Source: an uncultured Aliarcobacter sp. (GTDB lineage Bacteria > Campylobacterota > Campylobacteria > Campylobacterales > Arcobacteraceae). From it: a stretch of DNA of 64,000 nt. The stretch spans positions 2,688,001-2,752,000 of the forward strand of contig OY781945.1 of the NCBI GenBank assembly GCA_963677435.1, given 5' to 3'. The position numbers and the translations under genes were made by a program. The notes below the pieces were generated by a model. That model searched no databases. It saw only the letters and a program-made list of their open reading frames with translations, and was not told the DNA's origin. Below are positions 1 through 10,774 of this stretch, piece after piece; position 1 is the first letter of the stretch, and every line of letters starts with the position of its first letter.

Positions 1-96
1 CAGTTCCAAAAAAATTATTAGATTTAGGTTTTGAATTTAAATTTAAAACCATTGAAGAGACAATAGAAAATTTATGTAAATAACGAGGATTAATAT

Positions 97-810
97 ATGG
101 ATATTTTACCAGCGATTGATTTAAAAGATGGAAAAGCTGTAAGACTAAGTAAAGGATTAATGGATAGTGCAAAAATCTATTCTGATGAACCATGGCAAGT
201 AGCTAAAAGATTTGAAGAATTAGGTTCAAAATGGGTTCATATTGTTGATTTAAATGGTGCATTTGCAGGAAAACCAGCAAACTTAGAACAAATCAAAAAA
301 ATTAGAGAAAACTGTAATCTTAAAATCGAACTTGGTGGTGGAATAAGAGATGAAGAGACAATTAAAATGTATGTTGAGCTTGGAGTTGATAGATTAATTT
401 TAGGTTCAATTGCTGTAAAAAATCCACAATTTGTAAAAGATATGGCAGCTAAATATCCAATCGCTGTTGGAATTGATGCTATGAATGGAATGGTTGCTGT
501 TGAGGGTTGGGCAGAAGTTTCAACTATGAAAGCAACTGATTTAGCTCAAGAGTTTGCAAATGCAGGTGTTCTTGCAATTATTTGTACAGATATAAGTAAA
601 GATGGAATGCTTTGTGGTGTAAATGTTGAATTCACGGAATCAATTGCCCTTGCTTCAAATGTTGACACAATTGCAAGTGGTGGTGTAAAAGATATTAATG
701 ACATCATTAACTGTAAAGCAAATGGAAATATTGCAGGTGTTATTGTTGGAAAAGCCTTTTATGAAGGAACTTTAGACTTAGAAGAGGCTTTTAAAGTTTT
801 AGAAAAGTAA
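97..810 (+). CDS. hisA: ProFAR isomerase (histidine biosynthesis)
   Basis: [37 protein letters not shown] and ASGGV motifs of the HisA TIM barrel; GAGGA RBS. Confidence 0.97.
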   Translation: MDILPAIDLKDGKAVRLSKGLMDSAKIYSDEPWQVAKRFEELGSKWVHIVDLNGAFAGKPANLEQIKKIRENCNLKIELGGGIRDEETIKMYVELGVDRLILGSIAVKNPQFVKDMAAKYPIAVGIDAMNGMVAVEGWAEVSTMKATDLAQEFANAGVLAIICTDISKDGMLCGVNVEFTESIALASNVDTIASGGVKDINDIINCKANGNIAGVIVGKAFYEGTLDLEEAFKVLEK

Positions 811-847
811 AACTAAAATGTGCCTTATAATCTCACTGGTATTTTTT

Positions 848-893
848 GCCTTAGCATATACATTTTTTCAAGATGGAAATATGCAAGGCTTTT
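848..893 (+). terminator. Possible intrinsic terminator after hisA
   Basis: Imperfect hairpin GCCTTAGCATAT...ATATGCAAGGC followed by a short T run. Confidence 0.4.
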
Positions 894-969
894 ATATAAA
901 TCTATTAATTGCTTTATTTTTTGTTTTATTAATGCTTAGAAATATTATTAAAACCAAAAAGAGTAAATA

Positions 970-2292
970 ATGTCAATTAAATCTATTATTGAAACTACTT
1001 ATAAAAATCTCATTAATGAAAAAGAATCAAGAGTTTCAACAGGAATAGATGAAAAAGCTGTAAAAGAAATTCCATTAAATTTTTTTATTACATTAATTAG
1101 TTACTTTTTTAATAAACTTGCTGATTCTATAGCTAATATTAAAGTAATTATTCCTTGGATTATGCAAACTTTAAATGTTCCAATTTTTTTAATTAGTTTC
1201 TTAGTTCCATTAAGAGAATCAGGTTCTCTTCTACCTCAAATTATAATTGCTACATTTATAAAAAAACTTCCTATTAGAAAATATATTTGGTCTATTGGCA
1301 CATTTTTGCAGGCTCTTAGTATGATTGGAATTGGAATTGTTGCATGGACAATGGAAGGATTAAATGCAGGAGTTGTTATTATCTTACTAATTATACTTTT
1401 TAGTTTAGCCAGAGGATTAAGTTCAGTTGCTGCAAAAGATGTCTTAGGGAAAACTATTCCTAAAACAAGAAGAGGAGTTTTAAATGGCTATTCAGGAAGT
1501 TTAGCAGGACTTTTAATTGTAGTATTAGGAATCTATTTTTTAGTTGTAGGAGAAAAACCATTTTCAGCACAGAACTTTGGTTTATTACTATTTTTAGCGG
1601 CTTTCTTTTGGATTGTTGCTGCTATTATATATTCTAATATAAAAGAAGTTGAAGGAGAAATAGACTCTAATACTCAAGGAATAAAAGATGCTCTTAAAAA
1701 AATCACTCTTTTAAAAACAGATTTAAATTTTAGAATATTTGTAATTTCAAGAGCTTTATTTTTATGTTCAGTTTTAAGTGCACCATATTTTGTATTACTA
1801 GCACAACAACACTCTAATTCTAATAATTATTTATTAGGTCTATTTATACTTGCTGGTGGATTAGCAGATTTTGTATCATCAGTTTTTTGGGGGAAATTTT
1901 CAGATATCTCAAGTAAAAAATGTATGTTAATGGGAGCTAGTATTTCAAGTACATTAGGTTTTCTAGTCTTTTTTCTTGATTACTATTATGAAAATATTTT
2001 TTCAATTGTTTGGATTATGCCTTTAATATATTTTATTTTAACTATTGGCTATCAAGGAATAAGAATAGGTAGGAAAACCTATCTTGTTGACTTTGCAGAA
2101 GGAAATAAAAGAACTGATTATGTTGCTGTTAGTAATACAATGATTGGAGTTATTTTACTATTTACAGGATTATTTGGAGCATTAAGTTCCTCAATTGGAT
2201 TAAAAGGAATAATACTAATTTTGGCAATTATTGGGATTATAGGAATTGCTGTAGCAAGTAAACTTCCTGAAGTTCAAAAGCATAATAAATAA
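970..2292 (+). CDS. MFS transporter
   Basis: About 12 hydrophobic segments; MFS-like loop motifs (DVLGKTIPKTRRG; WGKFSDISSK). Confidence 0.8.
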   Translation: MSIKSIIETTYKNLINEKESRVSTGIDEKAVKEIPLNFFITLISYFFNKLADSIANIKVIIPWIMQTLNVPIFLISFLVPLRESGSLLPQIIIATFIKKLPIRKYIWSIGTFLQALSMIGIGIVAWTMEGLNAGVVIILLIILFSLARGLSSVAAKDVLGKTIPKTRRGVLNGYSGSLAGLLIVVLGIYFLVVGEKPFSAQNFGLLLFLAAFFWIVAAIIYSNIKEVEGEIDSNTQGIKDALKKITLLKTDLNFRIFVISRALFLCSVLSAPYFVLLAQQHSNSNNYLLGLFILAGGLADFVSSVFWGKFSDISSKKCMLMGASISSTLGFLVFFLDYYYENIFSIVWIMPLIYFILTIGYQGIRIGRKTYLVDFAEGNKRTDYVAVSNTMIGVILLFTGLFGALSSSIGLKGIILILAIIGIIGIAVASKLPEVQKHNK

Positions 2293-2425
2293 GATAGTTT
2301 TACTCCTAAATAGCCTAAATATGGTCATTGTAGAAGTTTGAAATTTTTAAAAATTATTAAAAAAAATATGTACATAGAAATAATTTTATGATATTATAAT
2401 TCAAATGATTAATAAAGGCTATTAG

Positions 2426-4282
2426 ATGAACTCAAACAAAAAAATAACTATTATAATTTTTACTATGGTTACCGTGTTAACTATGGTAATTGTAGCTCTA
2501 GTTGCTCTGGGCTCTAGACAAACTGGTTATGATAGTGCAAAAAAAAGAGCTTATTTAACAGCAGATATAGTCAAAAAATCTTTGACATCACATATGCTTA
2601 ATGGAAATATGAACCAAAGAGATGTTTTCTTAAATAGTATTGCACAATTAAAAGAAGTAAATGCCTTATGGATAATTAGATCAAAAACTGTTAGTAATCA
2701 ATTTGGTAAATCAAGTTTAGGGAATGAAATTCCAAAAGACTCTATAGATGAAGAAGTATTAAGAACAGGGAAAGAAAAAGTTATAATAAATGAATCCCTA
2801 AGAGATGCATCATTAAGAATTACAATACCTTATACCGCATCATCTCTTGATAAACCAAATTGTCTGTCTTGCCATGATGCAAAAGAAGGAGAAGTTCTTG
2901 GTGCAATTTCTTTAAAATTTGATATTCAAGATGATAGGATTTCAAGTATTTTAATTTTGCTAAATGTTATTGCTATTATTTCTGTCTTCTTAATATTTAT
3001 TTTGATTTATATTAGTAAAAAAATCAAACCTTATACAAGCTCTTTTGATGCAATAACAGAAGTACTAAAACAAGTTCATGATGGTGATTATTCAGTACGT
3101 GCAAAAGAAGGTGTGTTAAAAGAAGATAGAGAGGCTTCTTTATGGTTAAATGAGATTATAGAAAAACTTGAAACTGTATTAACAGGAATTGAAAAGAATT
3201 TAACTTCGTTTGTTCATAATAGAAATTCAAATGTTAATAATGATAAGTTACTTACAGCTCAAGAGATAATAGAAGATATTTCAGAAATTTATAATTATAA
3301 AAAAACTATAGAAACTGATTTAACTAAAGATGATATTTATTATAGATTGATACAAGTTTTAAAAGATAAATTATTAATAAAATCTTTCTATATTTTTGAA
3401 AATGATTTAATAAAAGATGAAAGAACAATAATCTATTCTACAAAAGATGCAAAACCTTGTTGTAATATTTTACGAAATGTAAAAGAGCAATGTCGAGCAG
3501 AAAGAACAGATACAATAGTTTTATCAGAGAATTTCCCAGAAATTTGTAGACTTGCAACTTGTAAAGATTGTACTGATTATATTTGTATTCCTTTTTTAAT
3601 AAGTGAACAAAAAAGTGTAACTATTCATATTTTATGTGATAATGAAGAGTGTCTTAAACACATCAAATATCAAATTGGAATAATAAAAAAATATCTTGAA
3701 GAGACTAAACCTATTTTAGAAAGCAGAATGTTAATGGATGTTCTACGAGAGAGAAATTTAGTTGATGGATTAACTGGTCTTTATAATAGAAAATATTTAG
3801 ATGAATTTATTGATAAAAAAATGCCCCATGAATTAGCACAAGGTATAACATATGCTGTAATGTTCCTAGATATTGACTATTTTAAAATGGTTAATGATAC
3901 ATATGGACATGATGCAGGAGATGCAATTTTACAAAAACTTTCATCAACAATGAAAGCTTCTATTACTGAAAATGAATTTATCATTAGATTTGGTGGAGAA
4001 GAGTTCTTAATTATAATGAAAAATCCGACAATTGAAAGTGCAAAAGAACTTGCAACAAAAATTAATCAAGAGTTTGCAAAACTTGTATTTACGTTTAATA
4101 ATGAATCATTTAGTAAAACTGTAAGTATTGGTTATGCCTTCTTCCCAACAGATACAGATCAAATCTGGAAATGTATTAAATATGCTGATTTATGCCTTTA
4201 TAAAGCTAAAGAGACAGGAAGAAATAAAGTTATAAGATTTACAAAAGACCTTCTAAAAGATACTGATAAAGACAATTATTAA
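2426..4282 (+). CDS. Membrane diguanylate cyclase with periplasmic CxxCH (heme c) sensor domain, HAMP-like linker and Cys-rich GAF-like domain
   Basis: Two TM helices; NCLSCH; C-terminal DGLTGLYNR, DIDYFKMVNDTYGHDAGD, RFGGEEF. Confidence 0.9.
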   Translation: MNSNKKITIIIFTMVTVLTMVIVALVALGSRQTGYDSAKKRAYLTADIVKKSLTSHMLNGNMNQRDVFLNSIAQLKEVNALWIIRSKTVSNQFGKSSLGNEIPKDSIDEEVLRTGKEKVIINESLRDASLRITIPYTASSLDKPNCLSCHDAKEGEVLGAISLKFDIQDDRISSILILLNVIAIISVFLIFILIYISKKIKPYTSSFDAITEVLKQVHDGDYSVRAKEGVLKEDREASLWLNEIIEKLETVLTGIEKNLTSFVHNRNSNVNNDKLLTAQEIIEDISEIYNYKKTIETDLTKDDIYYRLIQVLKDKLLIKSFYIFENDLIKDERTIIYSTKDAKPCCNILRNVKEQCRAERTDTIVLSENFPEICRLATCKDCTDYICIPFLISEQKSVTIHILCDNEECLKHIKYQIGIIKKYLEETKPILESRMLMDVLRERNLVDGLTGLYNRKYLDEFIDKKMPHELAQGITYAVMFLDIDYFKMVNDTYGHDAGDAILQKLSSTMKASITENEFIIRFGGEEFLIIMKNPTIESAKELATKINQEFAKLVFTFNNESFSKTVSIGYAFFPTDTDQIWKCIKYADLCLYKAKETGRNKVIRFTKDLLKDTDKDNY

Positions 4283-4320
4283 AAAATAGCCTGCATATAA
4301 TTTTATATGTAGGCTTTTTA
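4281..4320. terminator. Bidirectional intrinsic terminator between the convergent GGDEF gene and qhpG
   Basis: AGCCTGCATATA-ATTT-TATATGTAGGCT stem flanked by an A run and a T run. Confidence 0.75.
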
Positions 4321-4325
4321 CTAAA

Positions 4326-5651
4326 TTAGACTAAGATTCCTTGACAAATAAACCATTTTTTTAAAGAGTTATATAATCCCATTGATATATTATTTTCTTT
4401 ACAAAAAACATCAAAATAATCCAATGATTTTTCCAGTTTATTTCCAAGACAATATTTTGCTAAGTCAACAACTTCAATATTTCCATAACACCAAACGCCC
4501 ATAGGATTATCTTTTGTTATGATTACATCTTGAGCAAGAATATAAGATTCTGTAACAACAGCTTTTTCTTCTATTCTTGGCAATACTCTTGAATCACTTA
4601 TTTTTTCATTTGGCCAATTTTGTCTTTTTTGCCAAAAATCACTTGTATATCTTTTTTCTAATAAATAAAACTCTTTGCCTACTTTTGAGAATTTATCAAA
4701 AATAAATTGCACCCTACTTTTATAAAATTCAATTGCTACTTTTTGCTCAATTTCGCTTTTATTTATTAGTGTATTAATTACATAAGGAGCAATACTTGAC
4801 ATGCTCATAGCTTGAAAAGCTCCATTTCCTGAAAGTGGGTCAATACTTGAAGCACTATCTCCAATGAGTATCATTTTAGTGTTTATTATCTCTTTATGGA
4901 TTTTACTATATGAGTCTCTTTTTACAATCTTTCCAACAGGTTTTGCATTTTTTAAACTCCAGAAATTTGCTTTTTGCTCTTTTAAGATTTCTAATAATTC
5001 ATCAAAATCATTTATTTTTACTGCTAATTCTTCATCACAAGTAAACTGGATATAACCTTTTTTATTCCCCACATAAGCTTGCCAAATCCAACCATTTTGT
5101 GTTGAATCAATTGAAGTTCTATTTTGTGAGAAACTAGTCATTTCTAACTCTTGAAGAAGTGAAAAACTTTTTGGACCAGAAATATATTCATCTTTAAAAG
5201 GGGTAAATCTTCCCCTTGCATCAACTACAAAATTAGCACTTGTTTCTATTTTATCTTCATCTATTTTATAGGTAATTTTTGGTTTTTCTTCACTACAATC
5301 AACTGCACCAATAACTTTTGCTTCTATGTGTTCAATGCCATTATCTTTTGCATCTTCAAGTAAAGCTTCATCTAAATTAGTTCGGCAAACTACATATTCA
5401 TAATTTACATTTTTTGAATTACTTGCCCAGTTTGAATTTCTCATAGATTGCTCTTTTAAAAGCAAAGAAGCTTTTAGGCATGAACTAGAGATTAATCCAT
5501 CTTTAGTTTTTTCACTAAATCCCTCATAAGCTATAAATGGTCTTGGTTTATAAAAAATCGTTACATTAAATCCAAGTTTTTTAAGACCAATTGCTGTAGT
5601 AACTCCTGCAATTCCAGCTCCTAAAACTAATATTGTTTTATTTTGATTCAT
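4326..5651 (-). CDS. qhpG: FAD-dependent monooxygenase for CTQ cofactor biogenesis (QhpG/LodB-like)
   Basis: GAGIAG Rossmann motif, VDARGR, GDSASSIDPLSGNG; located in the qhp cluster. Confidence 0.85.
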   Translation of the reverse strand: MNQNKTILVLGAGIAGVTTAIGLKKLGFNVTIFYKPRPFIAYEGFSEKTKDGLISSSCLKASLLLKEQSMRNSNWASNSKNVNYEYVVCRTNLDEALLEDAKDNGIEHIEAKVIGAVDCSEEKPKITYKIDEDKIETSANFVVDARGRFTPFKDEYISGPKSFSLLQELEMTSFSQNRTSIDSTQNGWIWQAYVGNKKGYIQFTCDEELAVKINDFDELLEILKEQKANFWSLKNAKPVGKIVKRDSYSKIHKEIINTKMILIGDSASSIDPLSGNGAFQAMSMSSIAPYVINTLINKSEIEQKVAIEFYKSRVQFIFDKFSKVGKEFYLLEKRYTSDFWQKRQNWPNEKISDSRVLPRIEEKAVVTESYILAQDVIITKDNPMGVWCYGNIEVVDLAKYCLGNKLEKSLDYFDVFCKENNISMGLYNSLKKWFICQGILV

Positions 5652-6291
5652 TTTTATGACCTTTTTTTATTTCATTTAAAATCTCTTCTTTACTTAAATC
5701 TTTTTGCAACTTCTCACAAAAATATTTTGTAAATTTTGCAACGGCAACACTAGAACCACCAACTCCTTCAACTTTTGATAAGGGGTTTGCTGCAAAAAGT
5801 GATTTTTCTAAATCTAAACAACTAATTTCATTCTCTGCACATTTTCCATCAGAAGTTACACTAATTACCTCATCATAAGAAGCTGGAAATACAAAATCAG
5901 CTCCACTTCTTGGAAAAGATGAGATTATTGTAACTTCATTTGAAATTAGTTTTTTACATAAATCCTCTATCTCTTTATAGTTTGTTTTTAGTCCTAAACT
6001 CATATTTATTACATCTACTTTTTTATCCAAAAGATAAGTTAAAGCTCCAACTATATGTGAGGGTGTTGTTCTTAGATTCTCATCAAATACTTGAATATCA
6101 TATAGTTTTATATTTTCATTAGAAGATATAATTTCTCCAATAACATCTCCATGTTTGTATTTAATTTCATTTTGACTTGTTATTATAATTTTATTATTCT
6201 CAACTTTTATCGCAAGCTTTTCATAGGTTTCAAAAGTGCAACCACTATCAATTAAAGCTACAAAAATATCTTTAGGCATTTTTATACTCAC
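5638..6291 (-). CDS. qhpE: Subtilisin-like (S8) protease removing the QhpC leader peptide
   Basis: Catalytic triad motifs IDSG / HGD / GGSSVA; VINMSLG; no signal peptide; qhp context. Confidence 0.85.
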   Translation of the reverse strand: MSIKMPKDIFVALIDSGCTFETYEKLAIKVENNKIIITSQNEIKYKHGDVIGEIISSNENIKLYDIQVFDENLRTTPSHIVGALTYLLDKKVDVINMSLGLKTNYKEIEDLCKKLISNEVTIISSFPRSGADFVFPASYDEVISVTSDGKCAENEISCLDLEKSLFAANPLSKVEGVGGSSVAVAKFTKYFCEKLQKDLSKEEILNEIKKGHKNESK

Positions 6292-7909
6292 TTAGATTTT
6301 GGTTTTCTAATAAATAAACCTTTTCAAAATTGTTTAACATATTAAGATGATGAGTAATAGCAATAATAGTTGAATTTGGAAAAAGTTTTGTGATATTTTC
6401 ATAAAACCAAAGAGTATCTTTTTCATCTATTGAAGAGGTAAACTCATCAAGAATTATTACTTTTGGTTTTAATAAAATTATTCTTGATAGGGCAATTCTT
6501 TGTTTTTGACCACCTGAGATATTATCACCTGATTCATAGATATTTGTTTCAAGTCCATCTTTTAAATTTTCAAACCAAGAGTTCATACCAGTTTGTTTCA
6601 AAGAATTTATAAGTTCTTCATCAGTTGCATCTATTTTTGCTAAAAGTAGATTTCCCCTTAAAGTATCATCAAAAATAATTGGCGTTTGCTCTAGTTTTAC
6701 AATATAGTTTGAAAAATTTGCATAATCATTTTTTCCTATTTGTTCATTTCCTAATAATATAGTTCCATTTTGTGCACTTTGTAAACCACAAAGTAAATCT
6801 CCAAAGGTACTTTTTCCTGTTCCATTTTTACCTATAATTGCGATTTTACTATTCTGTTTTATCTTTAAATTTAACTTGTTAAATATTTGATTATTAGCAT
6901 ATGAGAAACTTAAATCTTTAACACTAATATCATAATTAACAGTTTTTAAAATCTCAATTTTTTCATCTTTTGGTAATATTTCTAAAATTCTATTTAGACT
7001 TACTTTTACTTTTGGAAGATTATTCATAACTCCTAAGATTGTATGAACAGGAGCTAAAATCATTCCAAAATAGGTTAAAAAGGCCATTAATTCACCAAGT
7101 TTTAACTCATTTGTAATAGTTAAATATCCACCATAAGAGATGATTATTGTTTTTCCAAGTAGAGAAATAAGAGCTGGGACTTGACTAAAAATTAGATTTA
7201 ATTTTTTATTTTTGATTACAACTTTTTTGTAATCTTCTTGAATAATATCAAGTTTTGAAATTGTCATCTGTTTTGCACCAAGATTTTTTATAACTAAAAT
7301 ATATCTAAAGCTTTCAATAAAAAATTTACCAATATTTGAAGTACTTTCTCTCATATTTTTTGTGCTATCATGCATATATGGATAAAGAGGTTTTAGGCAA
7401 AAAAACTCTATTGGTAAAAAAATCAAAATAAGTATCATTAGTTTTATATTATATGAGTAAATAATAAATGAGATAAATACAAGACTAATGATAGTTGAAA
7501 ATATTGCAAATAATGAATCAGTATAAAATCTTTGGAGTTCACTAATATCACCTTGAACCCTAGACATCAAATCAGCCGAGTGGTATCGCGTCATAAAATT
7601 TTTATTATGTAAAAAGAGTTTATTAAATACCTTTTTTCTAAACTCAAATAAAATATTCATAGAGTTTGAAGTGTAATATATCTCATTTATACTACTTATT
7701 ATCATTACAAAAATAGTTAAGAAAAATGAAATTGCTACTAAGATAATAAGTTGATTTACATTTGAAGCTAAAATTGCATTGTCAATTATATGTTGCATAA
7801 TATATGGTTGTAGTGCTCCACCTAAAGATACAATGATTGAAAAGAAAAATATGATAAAGAATCCTCTCTTATTTTCTTTTAAGAGAGGATAAATTGTATT
7901 TTTAAACAT
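6272..7909 (-). CDS. qhpF: ABC exporter (fused TMD+NBD) for modified QhpC
   Basis: N-terminal TM domain; Walker A GKNGTGKS, ISGGQKQR signature, ILDE Walker B; qhp context. Confidence 0.85.
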   Translation of the reverse strand: MFKNTIYPLLKENKRGFFIIFFFSIIVSLGGALQPYIMQHIIDNAILASNVNQLIILVAISFFLTIFVMIISSINEIYYTSNSMNILFEFRKKVFNKLFLHNKNFMTRYHSADLMSRVQGDISELQRFYTDSLFAIFSTIISLVFISFIIYSYNIKLMILILIFLPIEFFCLKPLYPYMHDSTKNMRESTSNIGKFFIESFRYILVIKNLGAKQMTISKLDIIQEDYKKVVIKNKKLNLIFSQVPALISLLGKTIIISYGGYLTITNELKLGELMAFLTYFGMILAPVHTILGVMNNLPKVKVSLNRILEILPKDEKIEILKTVNYDISVKDLSFSYANNQIFNKLNLKIKQNSKIAIIGKNGTGKSTFGDLLCGLQSAQNGTILLGNEQIGKNDYANFSNYIVKLEQTPIIFDDTLRGNLLLAKIDATDEELINSLKQTGMNSWFENLKDGLETNIYESGDNISGGQKQRIALSRIILLKPKVIILDEFTSSIDEKDTLWFYENITKLFPNSTIIAITHHLNMLNNFEKVYLLENQNLSEYKNA

Positions 7910-7921
7910 TTTGTTTAATCA

Positions 7922-9037
7922 CTATTTTGTTCGAAATACTTGAAGTGCAGCTGAGCCCATATCACCTGGCAATTGAATATTTCCTAATTTTTTCAAATCT
8001 GATGAATAAATTGCAATATCATCTAAAGAGTTCCCAAGATATACTCTTTTTCCATCAAGTGAAACTGTTGCAGTATAATAAGTGTGTTCTAATGTCACAT
8101 TTTTTATCTCTTTTTTCTTTTTAATATCAAATTTTGCTAATTGATTTAAACAACCATACGCAATATTTCTATTTGTAGGATCTCTCATAATACTAAATAA
8201 TGATGTATCCCCTGGACCTATATCCATTTGACTAATTTCACCTGTTTTTAAATCAACACTTGTCATACCCCATAACCAATCATTATCATCTGATGGTGTT
8301 TTTCCATCTGCATATTTTTCAATAGCATATAAAGTTGAAAAATCATTTTGTTGTTGACCAATTATATAGTTAGCAAATGAATCTGGTTCACTAACACCTT
8401 TTCTACCCCAACCATGAATTTTTTTTGCTATTTTTATATCACCAGTTTGAGCATTTATCTTATATAAATGTGAACCTACAGCATATATACTTCCATCTTT
8501 TGCAACACTCATAAGTGTAATTTGTCTAGGAATTTTAAAACTATTTACTGCTTGAGCATCTAAACCATCTGCAACATTAAATGTTGAAAACATTGGATCA
8601 AGTACTGTATATCTATCTGGTCCAATTGTTGTTCTGTTATATGCTACATAAACTTGTTTACTATCATTGCTAATTGCAATTCCAGCTAAAGTTTGTCCTT
8701 TTAAATAACCTTTTGATAGGTTTGCATGAAAAATTCTATTACAATTCGTAATATCATATCCACCAATTTCTTCACCATATCCACCAACTATAAATGCAAA
8801 TTTATTATTTGGAGCTAAGATAACTCCAGCTGGTGAAACTGCTTCTACAATTTTACAAGTATTAATAACTTTTTTCTTTTCAACATCTGCTAAAACAATA
8901 TATCCAGGTCTAGTTTCTGTAACTATATACTCTTTATTATGTTCAAGTTCAATAGTATCAGCACTTAATGAGATAAAGTTAGATGATGTTATTAATGCAC
9001 CTAACAATAAATTTTTTATTAAATTTTTATATGACAT
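7922..9037 (-). CDS. qhpB: Quinohemoprotein amine dehydrogenase beta subunit, copy 1 (Sec signal peptide)
   Basis: Beta-propeller with PRQIT, HTYY and C-terminal LPGDMGSAALQVF motifs; follows qhpC. Confidence 0.88.
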   Translation of the reverse strand: MSYKNLIKNLLLGALITSSNFISLSADTIELEHNKEYIVTETRPGYIVLADVEKKKVINTCKIVEAVSPAGVILAPNNKFAFIVGGYGEEIGGYDITNCNRIFHANLSKGYLKGQTLAGIAISNDSKQVYVAYNRTTIGPDRYTVLDPMFSTFNVADGLDAQAVNSFKIPRQITLMSVAKDGSIYAVGSHLYKINAQTGDIKIAKKIHGWGRKGVSEPDSFANYIIGQQQNDFSTLYAIEKYADGKTPSDDNDWLWGMTSVDLKTGEISQMDIGPGDTSLFSIMRDPTNRNIAYGCLNQLAKFDIKKKKEIKNVTLEHTYYTATVSLDGKRVYLGNSLDDIAIYSSDLKKLGNIQLPGDMGSAALQVFRTK

Positions 9038-9051
9038 ATCTTCATCTCCCC

Positions 9052-9372
9052 TTAATTTTTTGGATATACATTATCTAATTCTCGCCATTGTTTAGAACTT
9101 GATGGCGCTTTGTCACTCCACTCTTTATAACTAGCTGAAGTATCGGGAACTTGTGTTGGCCACCAACAAGGATCTGAACAACCATATAAATCTGCTTCAA
9201 GAGGTTGACATAAACCTGCTAATCCACCACTTTCATCTACTTCCCATCCTGGGTCAAATGTTGTAACACAACCTACTATTGATTGCATTGCTATTACTTC
9301 TTCTTTACTTCCATTCTCAATTGCGTCGCTTAATAATTTAGCTTTTGGACTAATTGCTTTGAAATGTTTCAT
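9052..9372 (-). CDS. qhpC: Quinohemoprotein amine dehydrogenase gamma subunit (CTQ precursor), copy 1
   Basis: [11 protein letters not shown]...[19 protein letters not shown]; start moved to ATG 9372 (AAGGA RBS, gives the 28-aa leader MKHFK...EEVIA). Confidence 0.95.
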   Translation of the reverse strand: MKHFKAISPKAKLLSDAIENGSKEEVIAMQSIVGCVTTFDPGWEVDESGGLAGLCQPLEADLYGCSDPCWWPTQVPDTSASYKEWSDKAPSSSKQWRELDNVYPKN

Positions 9373-9388
9373 TATCTTTTTCCTTACC

Positions 9389-10759
9389 TTACTTAAAATA
9401 TTTATCAAAAAAACTTGGATTATTTAATTTAATTCTTACATATGCATATACTGCAAAATCTATCCAATTTCTCATATCGTCACAATAGTGTAGAACTGAT
9501 TTCTCAGGAGTTCCATATTTCACATAACTTTCGTGATAACATCCACCTGCACAAAGATTTCTTATTCTACATGTTTGACAATTTGTATCTTTTTCATTTA
9601 CTCTTTTTTCTAAAAATTTTGATAAATTCTTTTTATCTAAACCTTCAAAAACATTTCCAAAAGATTGGAAATCCGAACCTGTAAATCTATGACATAAATC
9701 AACATCACCTTTATAAGATACTGAAAGTAAACCTACTCCAGCACCACAAGGTAATTTTTTCTTTCTACCTTCATGAATATCAGTTACTGTTCTATGTAAA
9801 TTAGAAAATCCGTTAAAGTTTCCTTTAATTGCTTCATTTATATAATCTTCACCTAGCTCTTTAAAGCCTTTAAATACAGTTGCTAGTTCAGCTGTTGGAA
9901 GAGTAAAGAAATCATTTTCTCCTGAAGTTACAGGAGCAAATCCTACTTCTTTAAATCCTAAACCTTTTAAGTGATCCCAAATAGTTTTTATATCTGTAAC
10001 ACCTCTTGTTAGGGTAACTCTAGCTCCAACTGTTCTATTTTTGTAAATAGTATGTAAATTTTCAATATTTTTAACTACATTACTATAACTACCTTTTCCA
10101 TTTTCATAAACTCTAGTTTTATTATGAAGGGCTTCTGGTCCATCAATACTTAGAGTTAAATCAACTCGATGATCATGTAAATAATGAATAATCTCTTTTG
10201 TTAACAGTGTTCCATTAGTTGTCATTCCATAACCAATTTTTAGATTTTTACTTCCAAAAAAATCGTTTGCATAAGAAATAATCTCTTTTATTAACTTTAG
10301 GTTACTTAATGGCTCTCCACCAAAAAAAGTAATTGAATACTCTTCTAAATGTGGTGATTCTTTATAAAACATATCAATAGCTTGTTTTGCAATTTCAAAT
10401 GTCATTTCACCTTTGTTTTTTAAAGAAGTTAAATCCTCTTTATAACAATATGTACAACTTAAGTTACAGCCTGATGTAACATTTAGAACTAATGCTTTCG
10501 CTGGAAATTTTTCGATTTTTACATCTTTTTCTTTCGCTTTAAATAATGAACCAATAATTTCCATTTCTACAAATTCATCTATTATTTCTTGATCTAAATT
10601 CTCTATTAAGTCTTTATTTTCAAGTTTTATTAACAACTCCAAACTCTCTTTTGATAGTTCAAAAACAGATGAACTTGGAATATGAAACATATACTCTTTA
10701 TTATCAATATTTATTAAATGATAATTTGCTTTTATTAAATGATAATTATTTATACTCAT
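9389..10759 (-). CDS. qhpD: Radical SAM/SPASM thioether-forming maturase, copy 1
   Basis: [20 protein letters not shown] cysteines CGAG...CH...[14 protein letters not shown]. Confidence 0.93.
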   Translation of the reverse strand: MSINNYHLIKANYHLINIDNKEYMFHIPSSSVFELSKESLELLIKLENKDLIENLDQEIIDEFVEMEIIGSLFKAKEKDVKIEKFPAKALVLNVTSGCNLSCTYCYKEDLTSLKNKGEMTFEIAKQAIDMFYKESPHLEEYSITFFGGEPLSNLKLIKEIISYANDFFGSKNLKIGYGMTTNGTLLTKEIIHYLHDHRVDLTLSIDGPEALHNKTRVYENGKGSYSNVVKNIENLHTIYKNRTVGARVTLTRGVTDIKTIWDHLKGLGFKEVGFAPVTSGENDFFTLPTAELATVFKGFKELGEDYINEAIKGNFNGFSNLHRTVTDIHEGRKKKLPCGAGVGLLSVSYKGDVDLCHRFTGSDFQSFGNVFEGLDKKNLSKFLEKRVNEKDTNCQTCRIRNLCAGGCYHESYVKYGTPEKSVLHYCDDMRNWIDFAVYAYVRIKLNNPSFFDKYFK

Positions 10760-10774
10760 AATTTTTCCTATTTA

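Noticed and set aside
9052..10759. Radical SAM plus small Cys-rich peptide as a novel RiPP/bacteriocin cluster
   Set aside because: The peptide is clearly the QHNDH gamma subunit (DPGWEVD...GCSDPCWWP) flanked by alpha and beta subunit genes
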